A DNA stretch of 48,188 nucleotides from an uncultured Micavibrio sp. (GTDB taxonomy: Bacteria > Pseudomonadota > Alphaproteobacteria > Micavibrionales > Micavibrionaceae), in assembly GCA_964570705.1 (NCBI GenBank), contig CAZMZK010000001.1, positions 1-48,188 of the forward strand. Direction: 5' to 3'. The translations under genes were made by a program, and so were the position numbers. Shown here piece after piece: positions 18,568 to 27,944 of the stretch. The notes below the pieces were generated by a model that made no database searches, had not been told where the DNA came from, and worked only from the letters and a program-made list of their open reading frames with translations. How positions within the stretch are numbered: the first letter of the stretch is position 1; the number at the start of each line of letters is the position of its first letter.

Positions 18568-19131
18568 CTAAATTTTAACAGATATGCCCATCGTATCGGC
18601 CAACAATTTAATCGCGGATCGTTCGGCGGGACTGATATTGAGGGATGACTCATCAGGCGGGAGCACCTCGCCGCCAAACATGGCTTGTAATTTCCGGAAG
18701 AAAATGGCCACATATACTTCAATTTTATTCAAGGTGCTCGCGCTCTCGTTAAATTCGCAATAAGCCTGCGCTACGGTAATGCCAACCTCCAGCAAATTGT
18801 GTTTGAGAGCCATAATTTCTTTTTCCGGAACAATTCCGGCCATTGCTTTGACAACGGTCCAGCATTCTTCGGGAACTTTGGTAATATCTTTTCCCCACCC
18901 GCCCCATTTGGATTTCAGGTTCAGGGTTTGCAGCATGACATCGTGGGCAAATTCCGACTTGACCGTGTCTTCCACGTAGAATGTGACAATATTTTCCAGG
19001 GCTGCACGCTCGGCTTCGGCGGATTCATCACCCCCGGTTTGGTCGCTCTCGGAAATGTACAACCCAACCCGAAACGGAAGACGTACAACCAGATCCTGAA
19101 TCTCTGCAGGTAATAAAGATAAATATGTCAT
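18568..19131 (-). CDS. hypothetical protein, paralog B of a tandem pair
   Basis: 187 aa, collinear similarity to 17987-18535 (LLPAEIQDLVVRLPFRVGLYISESD ... VAQAYCE ... LNISPAERSA). Confidence 0.6.
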   Translation of the reverse strand: MTYLSLLPAEIQDLVVRLPFRVGLYISESDQTGGDESAEAERAALENIVTFYVEDTVKSEFAHDVMLQTLNLKSKWGGWGKDITKVPEECWTVVKAMAGIVPEKEIMALKHNLLEVGITVAQAYCEFNESASTLNKIEVYVAIFFRKLQAMFGGEVLPPDESSLNISPAERSAIKLLADTMGISVKI

Positions 19132-19302
19132 GCCTCGATTTTACCGCAAAACCCTCTGGCAGAAAAGAGGTAAAAACGAGTCATTCTCCGGATAAATATT
19201 GCCATTCTTGACATTTTCTTTATCTTAAAAAGAATAAAATTTTTACAACCAAACGTACCAAACGACATTTTTAGAATATTGGAACCGGGGAGATAACATA
19301 TA

Positions 19303-20988
19303 ATGGCCATACACGATATGCCGTTGTTGACCACTGTGGCCTTGGGGTTGAGCACCGCATTTGTATGCGGGGTTATCGCCCATAAGTTGCGATTGCCTCC
19401 AATTGTCGGGTATTTGATTGCGGGCATTCTGATTGGCCCTTTCACACCCGGTTATATTGCCGACACCAAAGTGGCCGAGCAACTTTCCGAAATCGGGATT
19501 GTGCTGTTAATGTTTGGCGTGGGGCTTCACTTTTCAATGAAAGATTTGATGGATGTCCGGAAAATTGCTTTACCCGGTGCCATTGTCCAGATTGCAACTG
19601 CAACACTGATGGGATGTGTTATGGCCCATTTCTGGGGGTGGTCTCTTCCGGCAGGGCTGTTGTTTGGTCTGGCGTGTTCGGTGGCTAGTACGGTGGTTCT
19701 GCTTCGTTCGTTGGAAGACCACCATCTGATGCAAACATCGAACGGACGGATTGCCATCGGGTGGTTGATTGTCGAGGATTTGGTCATGGTTCTAGCCTTG
19801 GTGTTCGTGCCAACTTTAGCCACTCTTGGAACATCGGATGCGGGGGAATCATTTTATAGTTTGCTGCAAACGGTTGGAGTCTCTCTCGGGAAAATCATTC
19901 TCTTTGTGATCTTTATGTTGGTGGTCGGGAACCTCGTTTTGCCATGGTTGTTGACTTTGGTGGCCTCCACACGGTCGAGGGAATTATTTACATTGGCTGT
20001 GTTTGCGATTGCCGTGGGTGTCGCGTTCGGGGCCGGACAGATTTTCGGGGTCTCTTTGGCGTTGGGGGCTTTTTTTTCCGGCATGATGATTCGGGAATCC
20101 CATCTCAGTCAGGAAGTCGCAGAGCGGGCTCTGCCGTTCCAGGATGCATTCGCGGTGCTCTTTTTCGTCTCGGTCGGGATGTTGTTTAACCCATCTATTA
20201 TCCTGAGCCACCCGATCGAGGTTCTCGCCTGCGTTCTGATTATTATGGTGGGAAAATCTGTCGCGGCTTTCCTGATTGTCATGGCTTTCCGCTATCCGCT
20301 GAAGACGGGCTTGTTGGTCTCTGCCGGACTGGCCCAGATCGGAGAATTTTCGTTTATTCTGGTCACGCTGGGGGTGTCGTTGAATATTTTGCCGCCCACC
20401 GGACGGGATATCATTCTTGCGGGGGCCTTAATCACGATTACGTTGAACCCGATCACGTTTTTAGGATCGCGTCTGATGTATGAGTTTTGTGAAAAGCACA
20501 AGAAACTCGCCGATTTTTTTGATATGAGCGATGAGGATGATCTGGCGCATCTGAGTCAGGACGAAATAAACGATTTGCGCCATACGGTCATTCTGGTAGG
20601 TGCAGGACAGGTTGGTGGTTACATTTGTGACCATGTGGAACCGCGGCGGACAGAGTTGGTGATTATCGAAACAAATCGTCAGCGTGTCGAAGCTCTGCGG
20701 CAGCAAGGGTATCATGCGTTGGCCGGAGACGCCGGATCACCGGACACATTGCGCGAGGCCTTGATTACCAAGGCCAAAGCTCTGGTTGTTGTGATTCCCG
20801 ATTCATTTGAGTCGGTGCGGATTGTGGATGCGGCACGGTCTTTGCGTCCGGATATTAAAGTGATTGTGGTAGACCGTTATCATAATTTTGATGATGCTGT
20901 GTTCGAACGTCATGCTGTGGATTTGAAGGTCAAAAGCTACGAAGAAGTCGGGCGCCGTATTTTAACCTATATTTATGACATGAAATAA
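19303..20988 (+). CDS. ybaL: Kef/YbaL-type monovalent cation:proton antiporter (CPA2) with a C-terminal TrkA-N/RCK domain
   Basis: 561 aa with about 12 hydrophobic segments. The N-terminal LPPIVGYLIAGILIGP is typical of CPA2. A C-terminal Rossmann motif VILVGAGQVGG is present. Confidence 0.85.
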   Translation: MAIHDMPLLTTVALGLSTAFVCGVIAHKLRLPPIVGYLIAGILIGPFTPGYIADTKVAEQLSEIGIVLLMFGVGLHFSMKDLMDVRKIALPGAIVQIATATLMGCVMAHFWGWSLPAGLLFGLACSVASTVVLLRSLEDHHLMQTSNGRIAIGWLIVEDLVMVLALVFVPTLATLGTSDAGESFYSLLQTVGVSLGKIILFVIFMLVVGNLVLPWLLTLVASTRSRELFTLAVFAIAVGVAFGAGQIFGVSLALGAFFSGMMIRESHLSQEVAERALPFQDAFAVLFFVSVGMLFNPSIILSHPIEVLACVLIIMVGKSVAAFLIVMAFRYPLKTGLLVSAGLAQIGEFSFILVTLGVSLNILPPTGRDIILAGALITITLNPITFLGSRLMYEFCEKHKKLADFFDMSDEDDLAHLSQDEINDLRHTVILVGAGQVGGYICDHVEPRRTELVIIETNRQRVEALRQQGYHALAGDAGSPDTLREALITKAKALVVVIPDSFESVRIVDAARSLRPDIKVIVVDRYHNFDDAVFERHAVDLKVKSYEEVGRRILTYIYDMK

Positions 20989-20991
20989 GTA

Positions 20992-21372
20992 ATGGAACAG
21001 CTTTTTTTACGGAGAACATCGTACACACGCGGGCTTTGGGCAGAGATGTATGCCATTCTGTTTCTGTTTCTGTGTGGGTATCGTATTCTGGCCTGCCGTT
21101 ACAAAACGCCGGTGGGGGAGGTTGATATTATTGCACACCGGCGGGGTGTTATTGCGTTTGTCGAGGTAAAATTGCGCCCCGATCTGGATTCTGGATTGGA
21201 GGCAGTCCTGCCCCGCGCTCGCTATCGTATTTCCCGTGCGGCCAGTTATTTTATAAGCCATTTTATAACCCATCATCCCAAATATGCGGGGGCATCTCTC
21301 CGGTTTGACGTTATAGCTGTGTCAGGATGGCGATTAAGACATCTGGACAATGCGTGGTATTGCCCTACATAA
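20992..21372 (+). CDS. yraN: YraN family (UPF0102) endonuclease-like protein
   Basis: 126 aa with GEVDIIA...VAFVEVK... and FDVIAV strings typical of UPF0102. It is followed by a BON lipoprotein, as yraN is followed by dolP in the E. coli lpoA-yraN-diaA-dolP cluster. Confidence 0.8.
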   Translation: MEQLFLRRTSYTRGLWAEMYAILFLFLCGYRILACRYKTPVGEVDIIAHRRGVIAFVEVKLRPDLDSGLEAVLPRARYRISRAASYFISHFITHHPKYAGASLRFDVIAVSGWRLRHLDNAWYCPT

Positions 21373-21428
21373 TGGGGGTATGATTCGCACTGCTCTTGCG
21401 TTTGTTTCTTTTCAATAGGCGTTCTACC

Positions 21429-22205
21429 ATGATCTGCAAAAAATCGAAATTATGTCTCTCTTTGCTCGCATCGGCTGTGTTACTGTCGGGCTGTGTTGGC
21501 GCGGCTGTCGGGGCTGGTGCAGCCTTGGGTGTAAGTGCCGCCAAAGAAGGCGGGCTGCAAACATCTATTAAAGATGAGGCTATCCGTATCAAGATTAGCG
21601 ATTTGTGGTTCAAACGCAGCACAGATATGTTCGGTAAATTGAATTTGACGGTCAATCAAGGCCGCGTTCTGGTGACTGGTGTTGTCCAGAACCCGCAGGA
21701 TCGGGTGGAGGCCATTCGTCTGGCATGGCAACCCAAAGGCGTAAAGCAAGTTATCAACGAGATTCGGGTTGGTAATGCCAATTCTTTTGCAAGTTATGCC
21801 AAGGATACATGGATTGCCGGCCAATTGCGGACTCGTTTGACCTTTGAAAAGAATGTCCAATCCATCAATTATTCGATCGAGGTGGTGCAGGGGGCGGTTT
21901 ATTTGATGGGGGTTGCCCAAGATCAAGCTGAATTGGATCGCGCCATCCGGATTTCCCGCCGGATTAGCGGGGTAAAAGAGGTTATCAGCTACGTGAAACT
22001 CGCCGGGGTTGATGCGGACATAGGCCAAACCGCCGGATCCGGTCCAACGCATAGAGCGTATAGTGAGTCTACATCCTCGTCTGGAGTTTCAGGGGCTTTA
22101 AATGAAGCAACCAAAGATCCTGTGCCGTTAACCAGCAGCCCGGCGCGCGCTCCGTCATCTTCTGCATCCTCATCTGCGATCCAATCGGAAGTTTTACCTC
22201 CGTAG
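21429..22205 (+). CDS. BON-domain lipoprotein (DolP/OsmY-like) with an S/P-rich tail
   Basis: ATG at 21429 gives MICKKSKLCLSLLASAVLLSGC, which carries a lipobox. Two BON-like repeats are present (LNLTVNQGRVLVTGVV.. and YSIEVVQGAVYLMGVA..). Confidence 0.75.
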   Translation: MICKKSKLCLSLLASAVLLSGCVGAAVGAGAALGVSAAKEGGLQTSIKDEAIRIKISDLWFKRSTDMFGKLNLTVNQGRVLVTGVVQNPQDRVEAIRLAWQPKGVKQVINEIRVGNANSFASYAKDTWIAGQLRTRLTFEKNVQSINYSIEVVQGAVYLMGVAQDQAELDRAIRISRRISGVKEVISYVKLAGVDADIGQTAGSGPTHRAYSESTSSSGVSGALNEATKDPVPLTSSPARAPSSSASSSAIQSEVLPP

Positions 22206-22242
22206 AAAATTTTAGTTACGGCAGAATTTGAATAAAACGTGT

Positions 22243-23043
22243 TCATCCAAGCGTATAATAGGCAATCATCGCTCCGCCGAACAGGATGCGGTATACGGCA
22301 AAGGGAATAAAGTCATGTTTGCTGATATAGCTGACCAAAAACTTGACGGCGGCCAATCCGGAAAAGAAAGAGACCACAAACCCGATGCCAATCACCCAGA
22401 TTTCATCCACGGTTAAGTCTTTGTAATACTTGAAAACATCCAGTGCGGTTGCCGCCACCATAACCGGCATGGCCAGAAAAAACGAAAATTCGGTTGCGAC
22501 TTTTCGATCCAGTTTTAACAACAATCCCCCGATGATGGTGGCTCCGGATCGTGACGTTCCGGGAATAATGGCAACGGCCTGCGCGCAGCCGACCAGAAAA
22601 GCCTGTTTTAAGGTCATATCATCCATATCATGGGTGGTTGGGGCCGGTTTTTTCTTTTCGACGACCCAGATCACAATCCCCCCTATCACCAGACTGACGG
22701 CCACAACCAGTGGCGAAAACAGATAGGTTTCGATGGCATGATGGAAGGATAGTCCGATAATCGCGGCCGGTAAAAACGCCACAAAGAGTTTCAGAACAAA
22801 AAAACGTTGTTTCTTTTGATGTAAATGAAAGGCCACATCAAACAGGCGTTGACGATACAGCCAGCACACCGCCAGAATGGCCCCCAATTGGATAACAACC
22901 GTAAACATTTTGGCAGATGCGATCGAGAATCCCAATAAATCCTGGGCCAAAATCAAATGGCCTGTCGAGGAGACGGGAAGGAATTCGGTGGCACCTTCGA
23001 CAAGGCCAAGGATGACAGCGTGAAAATAGGTTAGCAGGGACAT
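22243..23043 (-). CDS. uppP: undecaprenyl-diphosphate phosphatase
   Basis: 266 aa polytopic protein with the BacA motifs GLVEGATEFLPVSSTGHL and PGTSRSGATI. Confidence 0.9.
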   Translation of the reverse strand: MSLLTYFHAVILGLVEGATEFLPVSSTGHLILAQDLLGFSIASAKMFTVVIQLGAILAVCWLYRQRLFDVAFHLHQKKQRFFVLKLFVAFLPAAIIGLSFHHAIETYLFSPLVVAVSLVIGGIVIWVVEKKKPAPTTHDMDDMTLKQAFLVGCAQAVAIIPGTSRSGATIIGGLLLKLDRKVATEFSFFLAMPVMVAATALDVFKYYKDLTVDEIWVIGIGFVVSFFSGLAAVKFLVSYISKHDFIPFAVYRILFGGAMIAYYTLG

Positions 23044-23277
23044 GGTTTCGCTCGATTGTTGCGGGTATGTGGCGCGTGAGACAGTTCAATATTATAGTTA
23101 AATACTACAGGAATTCAGGCTTTTGTTGTACCGAGTCCGTGCCGGTTCGTCCAGAGTAAGAAACGATATATCCCTGAAAACGGGGTATCGCACCCTTTGC
23201 CCCCGATCTATATCAAGAAATATGTTGAGCAATCCGGTAACATCCGGCATGATTCCGGCGAAAAGAGTGTGAATCGG

Positions 23278-23661
23278 ATGTTGTACCATTTTGTGATTGT
23301 GGGATTGGGCGGTGCGCTGGGGGCGATGTTGCGTCATGCGGCGGGCCTCGCGGCCTTGCGCCTGATACCGTCTGCTTTTCCGTGGGGAACGTTGGCGATC
23401 AATGTGGTCGGGTCCTTGTGTATCGGGGTTGTGATCGGTTTATTGGCCTATGCCCAGACATGGTCGCAGGACATCCGTTTATTCGCGGTTGTCGGGGTTT
23501 TGGGGGGATTTACCACCTTTTCGTCCTTTTCGCTCGAAACGATCTTGCTCTTTGAGCGCGGACAGGCTTTATACGCTGTCTTATATATTGCGGGGTCTGT
23601 GGCCGGATCCCTAGGAGCAACCCTGATTGGCCTGTATGGCATAAGAGCATTGACAGCATGA
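23278..23661 (+). CDS. crcB: fluoride ion channel CrcB/FluC
   Basis: ATG at 23278 gives a 127-aa, 4-TM protein (GGALGAMLRH ... GGFTTFSSFSLE). The ORF-track start at 23197 adds a non-homologous extension. Confidence 0.85.
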   Translation: MLYHFVIVGLGGALGAMLRHAAGLAALRLIPSAFPWGTLAINVVGSLCIGVVIGLLAYAQTWSQDIRLFAVVGVLGGFTTFSSFSLETILLFERGQALYAVLYIAGSVAGSLGATLIGLYGIRALTA

Positions 23662-24656
23662 GCAACGACATTCGCCACTTTACTGTTCCCGACGATGACC
23701 ATGGTCAACGTCTGGATCGTTGGTTAAAGAAAACATTGCCGAAAACGCCTTATGCTTTGCTGCAGAAAATGGTGCGGACAGGGCAGGTGCGGATTGATGG
23801 CAAACGCGCCAAGACAGATACGCGTCTGGAGGCCGGACAATCGATCCGTATTCCGCCTGCCGAAGAAAAAACAGGAAAAATCACGTTTTCTCCGCGCGAA
23901 GGCGATAAAGAGTTTCTGGAAGACATTACCCTGTATGATGACGGACAGGTTCTGGTGATTAACAAACCTTACGGATTGCCGGTGCAGGGCGGCCCCAATA
24001 TTACCCGCCATGTGGACGGAATGTTGGGCAGTCTGCGCAATCTGAAAGGGGTGGCGCCACGCCTCATCCATCGTTTGGATCGCGATACATCGGGTGTTCT
24101 GGTGTGCGGGCGGTCTTTGTCGGTGACATCGGCGCTGGGCGATTTGTTTGCCGGACGCGATATCAAGAAAATCTATTGGGCCGTTGTCTCCCCCGCCCCC
24201 GCAGACGATAAAGGCGAGATTGATGCCGCCCTGATCAAAGGCGAAGGGGCCCGCAAAGACGCGATGATTATCGACCCCGTCAATGGCAAGGAATCAAAGA
24301 CGCTTTACCGCGTGATTGCGCGCAGCAAACAGAATGATGCTGCGTTTGTGGCCTTTTGGCCGCGCACCGGACGGATGCACCAAATCCGCGTGCACACCGC
24401 CGATGGATTGGGATGCCCGATTATCGGGGATGAAAAATATGGCGGGCTGACGGATATTCTGGATCAGTACGGTTTATCGGGGCGGCTTCATCTGCATGCC
24501 GCGCGGTTGGTGTTCCGTCACCCCAAAACCAATGAATTGCTGGACATACGGGCGCCGTTGCCGGAAGATATGGCAGCAACATTTGCGGCATTCGGATTTG
24601 ATCCCGCCTATGACGGTGATCCCTTCGATGATAAACGAAAAAAGGACGTATCATGA
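23658..24656 (+). CDS. RluA-superfamily (RluC/RluD-like) 23S rRNA pseudouridine synthase with an S4 domain
   Basis: An S4-like N-terminus (GQRLDRWLKK..VRTGQVRIDGKRAK), the catalytic motif HRLDRDTSGVLV and HQIRVH are present. ATGA overlaps on both sides. Confidence 0.85.
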   Translation: MSNDIRHFTVPDDDHGQRLDRWLKKTLPKTPYALLQKMVRTGQVRIDGKRAKTDTRLEAGQSIRIPPAEEKTGKITFSPREGDKEFLEDITLYDDGQVLVINKPYGLPVQGGPNITRHVDGMLGSLRNLKGVAPRLIHRLDRDTSGVLVCGRSLSVTSALGDLFAGRDIKKIYWAVVSPAPADDKGEIDAALIKGEGARKDAMIIDPVNGKESKTLYRVIARSKQNDAAFVAFWPRTGRMHQIRVHTADGLGCPIIGDEKYGGLTDILDQYGLSGRLHLHAARLVFRHPKTNELLDIRAPLPEDMAATFAAFGFDPAYDGDPFDDKRKKDVS

Positions 24657-25435
24657 AAAAATGGATTCTCAGATTATTGGTCGCGCTGGTTGTGGCGATG
24701 TGCTTTTTTCTGTTTGCGCTGAAAATTGTATCGGGCACAGGCGATGCGCAAAAACGCGGGTTGGAACAAGCCTTTTCCGAGATATTTCAGGGGCGCGCAA
24801 CGTTTGGCCAGTTGGTCGCGTTTAATCTTTTCCCGCAATTGTCGTTGGCCGTTGATAATCTGGCCATTTCGAACGTCAAGGGTCAGGGCGATATTGTGGC
24901 CAGTAAGGTCGCTTTGTCATTTTCAACATGGGACATTGTTGCAAAAAATCGCAAAATTTCAGGATTTCATCTGACGGGATTAAACGTGTCGGAAGGAGTG
25001 TATACACCGATGGCTTTGTCGTTTGATGATGCGGGGATCTATAAAGGGGACACGCCGGATCAGGGTGTTTTATCCTTTTCCGGACATTATGGCGAGGCTC
25101 CGATCAAAGGGCGATTGACGATGCAGGCGGAGTCCGGTTTGCAACCCAAATATTATTTTGGCCCTGAAAACCCTTTCACGATGAATCTGGGGGCGGTCCA
25201 GGTGTCCGGCGTATTTATGCCGTATGTTGTTGTCGGGGGGCAGGTCAGCAAAGTGTCTTTCCTGGCGCGGACATCGCAAAAGGCCAAGGAACAAACCTGC
25301 GCTTTGCCACCGGAGCAGGCCCTGTCTTTGCCCCGTTTCTTTAAAGAGCTGGTAGGGGGCGCGGCGACCTTGAAATCCTCCAAAGATTTTGATGCCTTGT
25401 GCCGGACGCTGGGCCAGTCGACGGGGACTCCATGA
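24653..25435 (+). CDS. hypothetical membrane-anchored protein (possibly AsmA-N-like)
   Basis: 260 aa with an N-terminal TM segment (ILRLLVALVVAMCFFLFAL) and a beta-rich remainder. Translationally coupled to its neighbours by ATGA overlaps. Confidence 0.5.
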   Translation: MKKWILRLLVALVVAMCFFLFALKIVSGTGDAQKRGLEQAFSEIFQGRATFGQLVAFNLFPQLSLAVDNLAISNVKGQGDIVASKVALSFSTWDIVAKNRKISGFHLTGLNVSEGVYTPMALSFDDAGIYKGDTPDQGVLSFSGHYGEAPIKGRLTMQAESGLQPKYYFGPENPFTMNLGAVQVSGVFMPYVVVGGQVSKVSFLARTSQKAKEQTCALPPEQALSLPRFFKELVGGAATLKSSKDFDALCRTLGQSTGTP

Positions 25436-26178
25436 AAAAATTTTATACAACCGTTTTAATATCTCCGGTATCCACACCGGAACTGTCGGACGGATATCAG
25501 GTCCTTTTGGATGGTCGGGTGGTGCAAACTCCGGCCAAGCGCCCTTTGGTTCTGGCAACGTTTGCGTTGGCCGAGGCCATCGCCGATGAGTGGCGGGCAC
25601 AGGGAGATCGCGTTGTTCCAGACACGATGCCACTGTTGCAAATGGCGACGACCCTGCAAGATCGTGTGATATCGCAACGCCCGCATCTGGAGGCGGAGGT
25701 GTTGGATTATCTGGATACCGATCTTGTGTGTTATCGGGCGGATTCTCCGGAGACATACCGGCAGGCACAAGAAGCCGCATGGGATAAATTTGTGCACTGG
25801 GCGGGCGGGCGTTTGGGTGTGGCGTTGCAAACAACCACCGGATTGCATCCATTGGTACAGGCGCAACAGGCCCATGATACGTTGGCCGCAGCGGTGCGGG
25901 GGATGACCGATCCGGATTTTATGGCTCTGTATCTGACTACTTTGGGCACGGGGTCGGTTATTCTGGGCCTTGCGTTTGTGGAAAGAGCCTTCTCCGCGGC
26001 GGATATTCTGGACGCAGCTTTTGCCGAAGAAAAGCGGAAGGATCAGATTTATTTGAGCGAGCAGTACGGATCGGCGCCGGATCAGGAAAAGCGTTATAAA
26101 GCTCTGGAATCGCAATTGGCTGTTTTACAGTGTTTGCGGGAGTTGCTGTCTTCACGCCCCCTTTTGGAGCGCGGCTAG
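25432..26178 (+). CDS. ATP12 family F1-ATPase assembly chaperone
   Basis: ATG at 25432 (MKKFYTT). The string GYQVLLDGRVVQTPAKRPLVLATFALAEAIADEWRAQGDRVVPDTMPL matches the conserved ATP12 N-terminal block known from alphaproteobacteria and mitochondria. Confidence 0.7.
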   Translation: MKKFYTTVLISPVSTPELSDGYQVLLDGRVVQTPAKRPLVLATFALAEAIADEWRAQGDRVVPDTMPLLQMATTLQDRVISQRPHLEAEVLDYLDTDLVCYRADSPETYRQAQEAAWDKFVHWAGGRLGVALQTTTGLHPLVQAQQAHDTLAAAVRGMTDPDFMALYLTTLGTGSVILGLAFVERAFSAADILDAAFAEEKRKDQIYLSEQYGSAPDQEKRYKALESQLAVLQCLRELLSSRPLLERG

Positions 26179-26240
26179 AATTTAAAAGTATTCTTCAAGA
26201 GTGATGTCATTCCTGATCTGGCTGTAAGGCTTGAGGAAAT

Positions 26241-27797
26241 TCAAAGGGTTCTGTGCATCTTTTCAATAGTTTTGGTTGTGCTCAGGCCTTCGGTTAAGTC
26301 AATCAATTCGATTGTTCCACCGAAACTTTCCATGATCTTGGCTTCGGGAAGAGTGGCTACTGTATAATCGCTTCCCTTGAAATATATATCCGGTTTCAAA
26401 AAGCGGATCAGATTTCCGGCAGTGTTATCGTCTCCCGCCTCTGTGGCCCCGAAAAAGACAACCATATCCACGCATCCCAGCGCGCCAATGACCGTCGCAC
26501 GCGAAGATTGATCATTCACGGGTCGCGAAGGCCCTTTCAACAAACGCACCGATGCATCGTGATTGAGCCCCAGAACCAAACGGTCGCACCGCGCCCGGGC
26601 CGCATTGAGGTAATTCACATGACCCGCATGGACAATATCAAAACAGCCATTGGTAAAACCAACTTTCAATCCACGGGATCGCCATAATTCGATTTGTTCC
26701 AACGCCTCGTCTGCGGTGCAGACCGGCGCAATTCCTGTAGCATTCGATGAAAACCGTGTTCCAACCACCATATGCGCAGCCGGTTTAAAATCCGGACTTG
26801 ACAGAGCTTCACACAACTCTGCGTAACGGATAGGTGTGGTCCCCACTTTTCCTACCACGATCCCCGCGGCCACATTTGCAATCGTCGCGGCATCCGCGAT
26901 ATCCGCTCCGGCCGCAAGTCCGGCCGCAATCGTTGCAATCACCGTATCGCCTGCGCCCGATACATCAAAAACTTCACGCGCCAAGGTGCGCAAATGGACA
27001 GGAGCCACATCCGGCTGGATAATGCTCATGCCATCCTGGGAACGGGTTGCGACAATCGCACGAATACCGGAATCCGCCATCAATTTTTCAGCAGCCTTAA
27101 TCACATCGGCATCAGACTCCGTGATCATACCACCTGTAGCTTCGGATAATTCTTTCCGGTTCGGCGTGGCCAAAGTAGCCCCTTTATATTTCGACAGATC
27201 ATGCCCGCGTGGATCCACCAGAACAGGAATATTCCGTTCATTGGCACAGGTAATAATATGGCGGATCAAACGATCCGTCAGATGGCGATACCCATAATCG
27301 GATAAAATAATCGCATCCTGCGTCGGAATCACATCCGAGGCCCGAGCCACCAACAAATCTTCAATATCTGCGGGGCATGTTCTGGTTCCATCAACATCCA
27401 CCCGCAGAACCTGCTGGTGACCAGACATATACCGTGTTTTGACCGTGGTACGGGTCTTCGGATCCACAATCAGATTGTTGGGATCGGCTCCGGTGGCCTC
27501 CACCAAATTCCGGATGATATCGCCATCGCGATCAGGCCCAATGACCGAAAGGATCGTGGCTTTGATCCGTAACCCGATCAGGTTGGAAAAACTGTTCCCT
27601 GCTTGCCCCAAGACATTATTTTCCTGATGCGCGAGTAACACCGGAACAGGGGCTTCCGGAGAAATACGACTGACATCTCCGCGAATATAGCGGTCCAGAC
27701 AGATATCCCCCACCACCAGAATGCGACGGGAATCAAACGAACGCATCCGATCCATGTAATTTTGAGGGGCATTCGCAGGAGTTTGGAGCGAAATCAT
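26241..27797 (-). CDS. hldE: bifunctional D-beta-D-heptose 7-phosphate kinase / D-beta-D-heptose 1-phosphate adenylyltransferase
   Basis: An N-terminal PfkB-type kinase (RILVVGDICLDRY ... DVSGAGDTV) is joined to a C-terminal cytidylyltransferase (GFTNGCFDIVHAGHVNYL). The start is uncertain: ATG 27797, 27755 or ORF-track 27875. Confidence 0.9.
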   Translation of the reverse strand: MISLQTPANAPQNYMDRMRSFDSRRILVVGDICLDRYIRGDVSRISPEAPVPVLLAHQENNVLGQAGNSFSNLIGLRIKATILSVIGPDRDGDIIRNLVEATGADPNNLIVDPKTRTTVKTRYMSGHQQVLRVDVDGTRTCPADIEDLLVARASDVIPTQDAIILSDYGYRHLTDRLIRHIITCANERNIPVLVDPRGHDLSKYKGATLATPNRKELSEATGGMITESDADVIKAAEKLMADSGIRAIVATRSQDGMSIIQPDVAPVHLRTLAREVFDVSGAGDTVIATIAAGLAAGADIADAATIANVAAGIVVGKVGTTPIRYAELCEALSSPDFKPAAHMVVGTRFSSNATGIAPVCTADEALEQIELWRSRGLKVGFTNGCFDIVHAGHVNYLNAARARCDRLVLGLNHDASVRLLKGPSRPVNDQSSRATVIGALGCVDMVVFFGATEAGDDNTAGNLIRFLKPDIYFKGSDYTVATLPEAKIMESFGGTIELIDLTEGLSTTKTIEKMHRTL

Positions 27798-27944
27798 AAT
27801 GGCGCGCTTTCGGTAATTTGCTGGAAAAGCCAATAAAACTGCCAATTTTTTCGCATGATGGTAAGAATTTGTCAACTTTTATAGTGTGTAATAAAGGTGA
27901 GAAGGTTTGAAGAATGCAAACCTCCAGAGGAAAAACGACTGGGT

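Noticed and set aside
23100-23277. Possible fluoride riboswitch (crcB motif) upstream of crcB
   Set aside because: I looked for the conserved GGnGAUGG..UUC..CC, AACCGCC and CUGAUGA strings and found none. The only local structure is a small ccgg-catgatt-ccgg hairpin. A covariance-model scan (Rfam RF01734) would settle it.
25070-25852. 260-aa reverse-strand ORF spanning the 24653 and ATP12 genes
   Set aside because: The forward genes are linked by ATGA overlaps and the ATP12 block is recognisable. The reverse product is P/R-rich with no domain.
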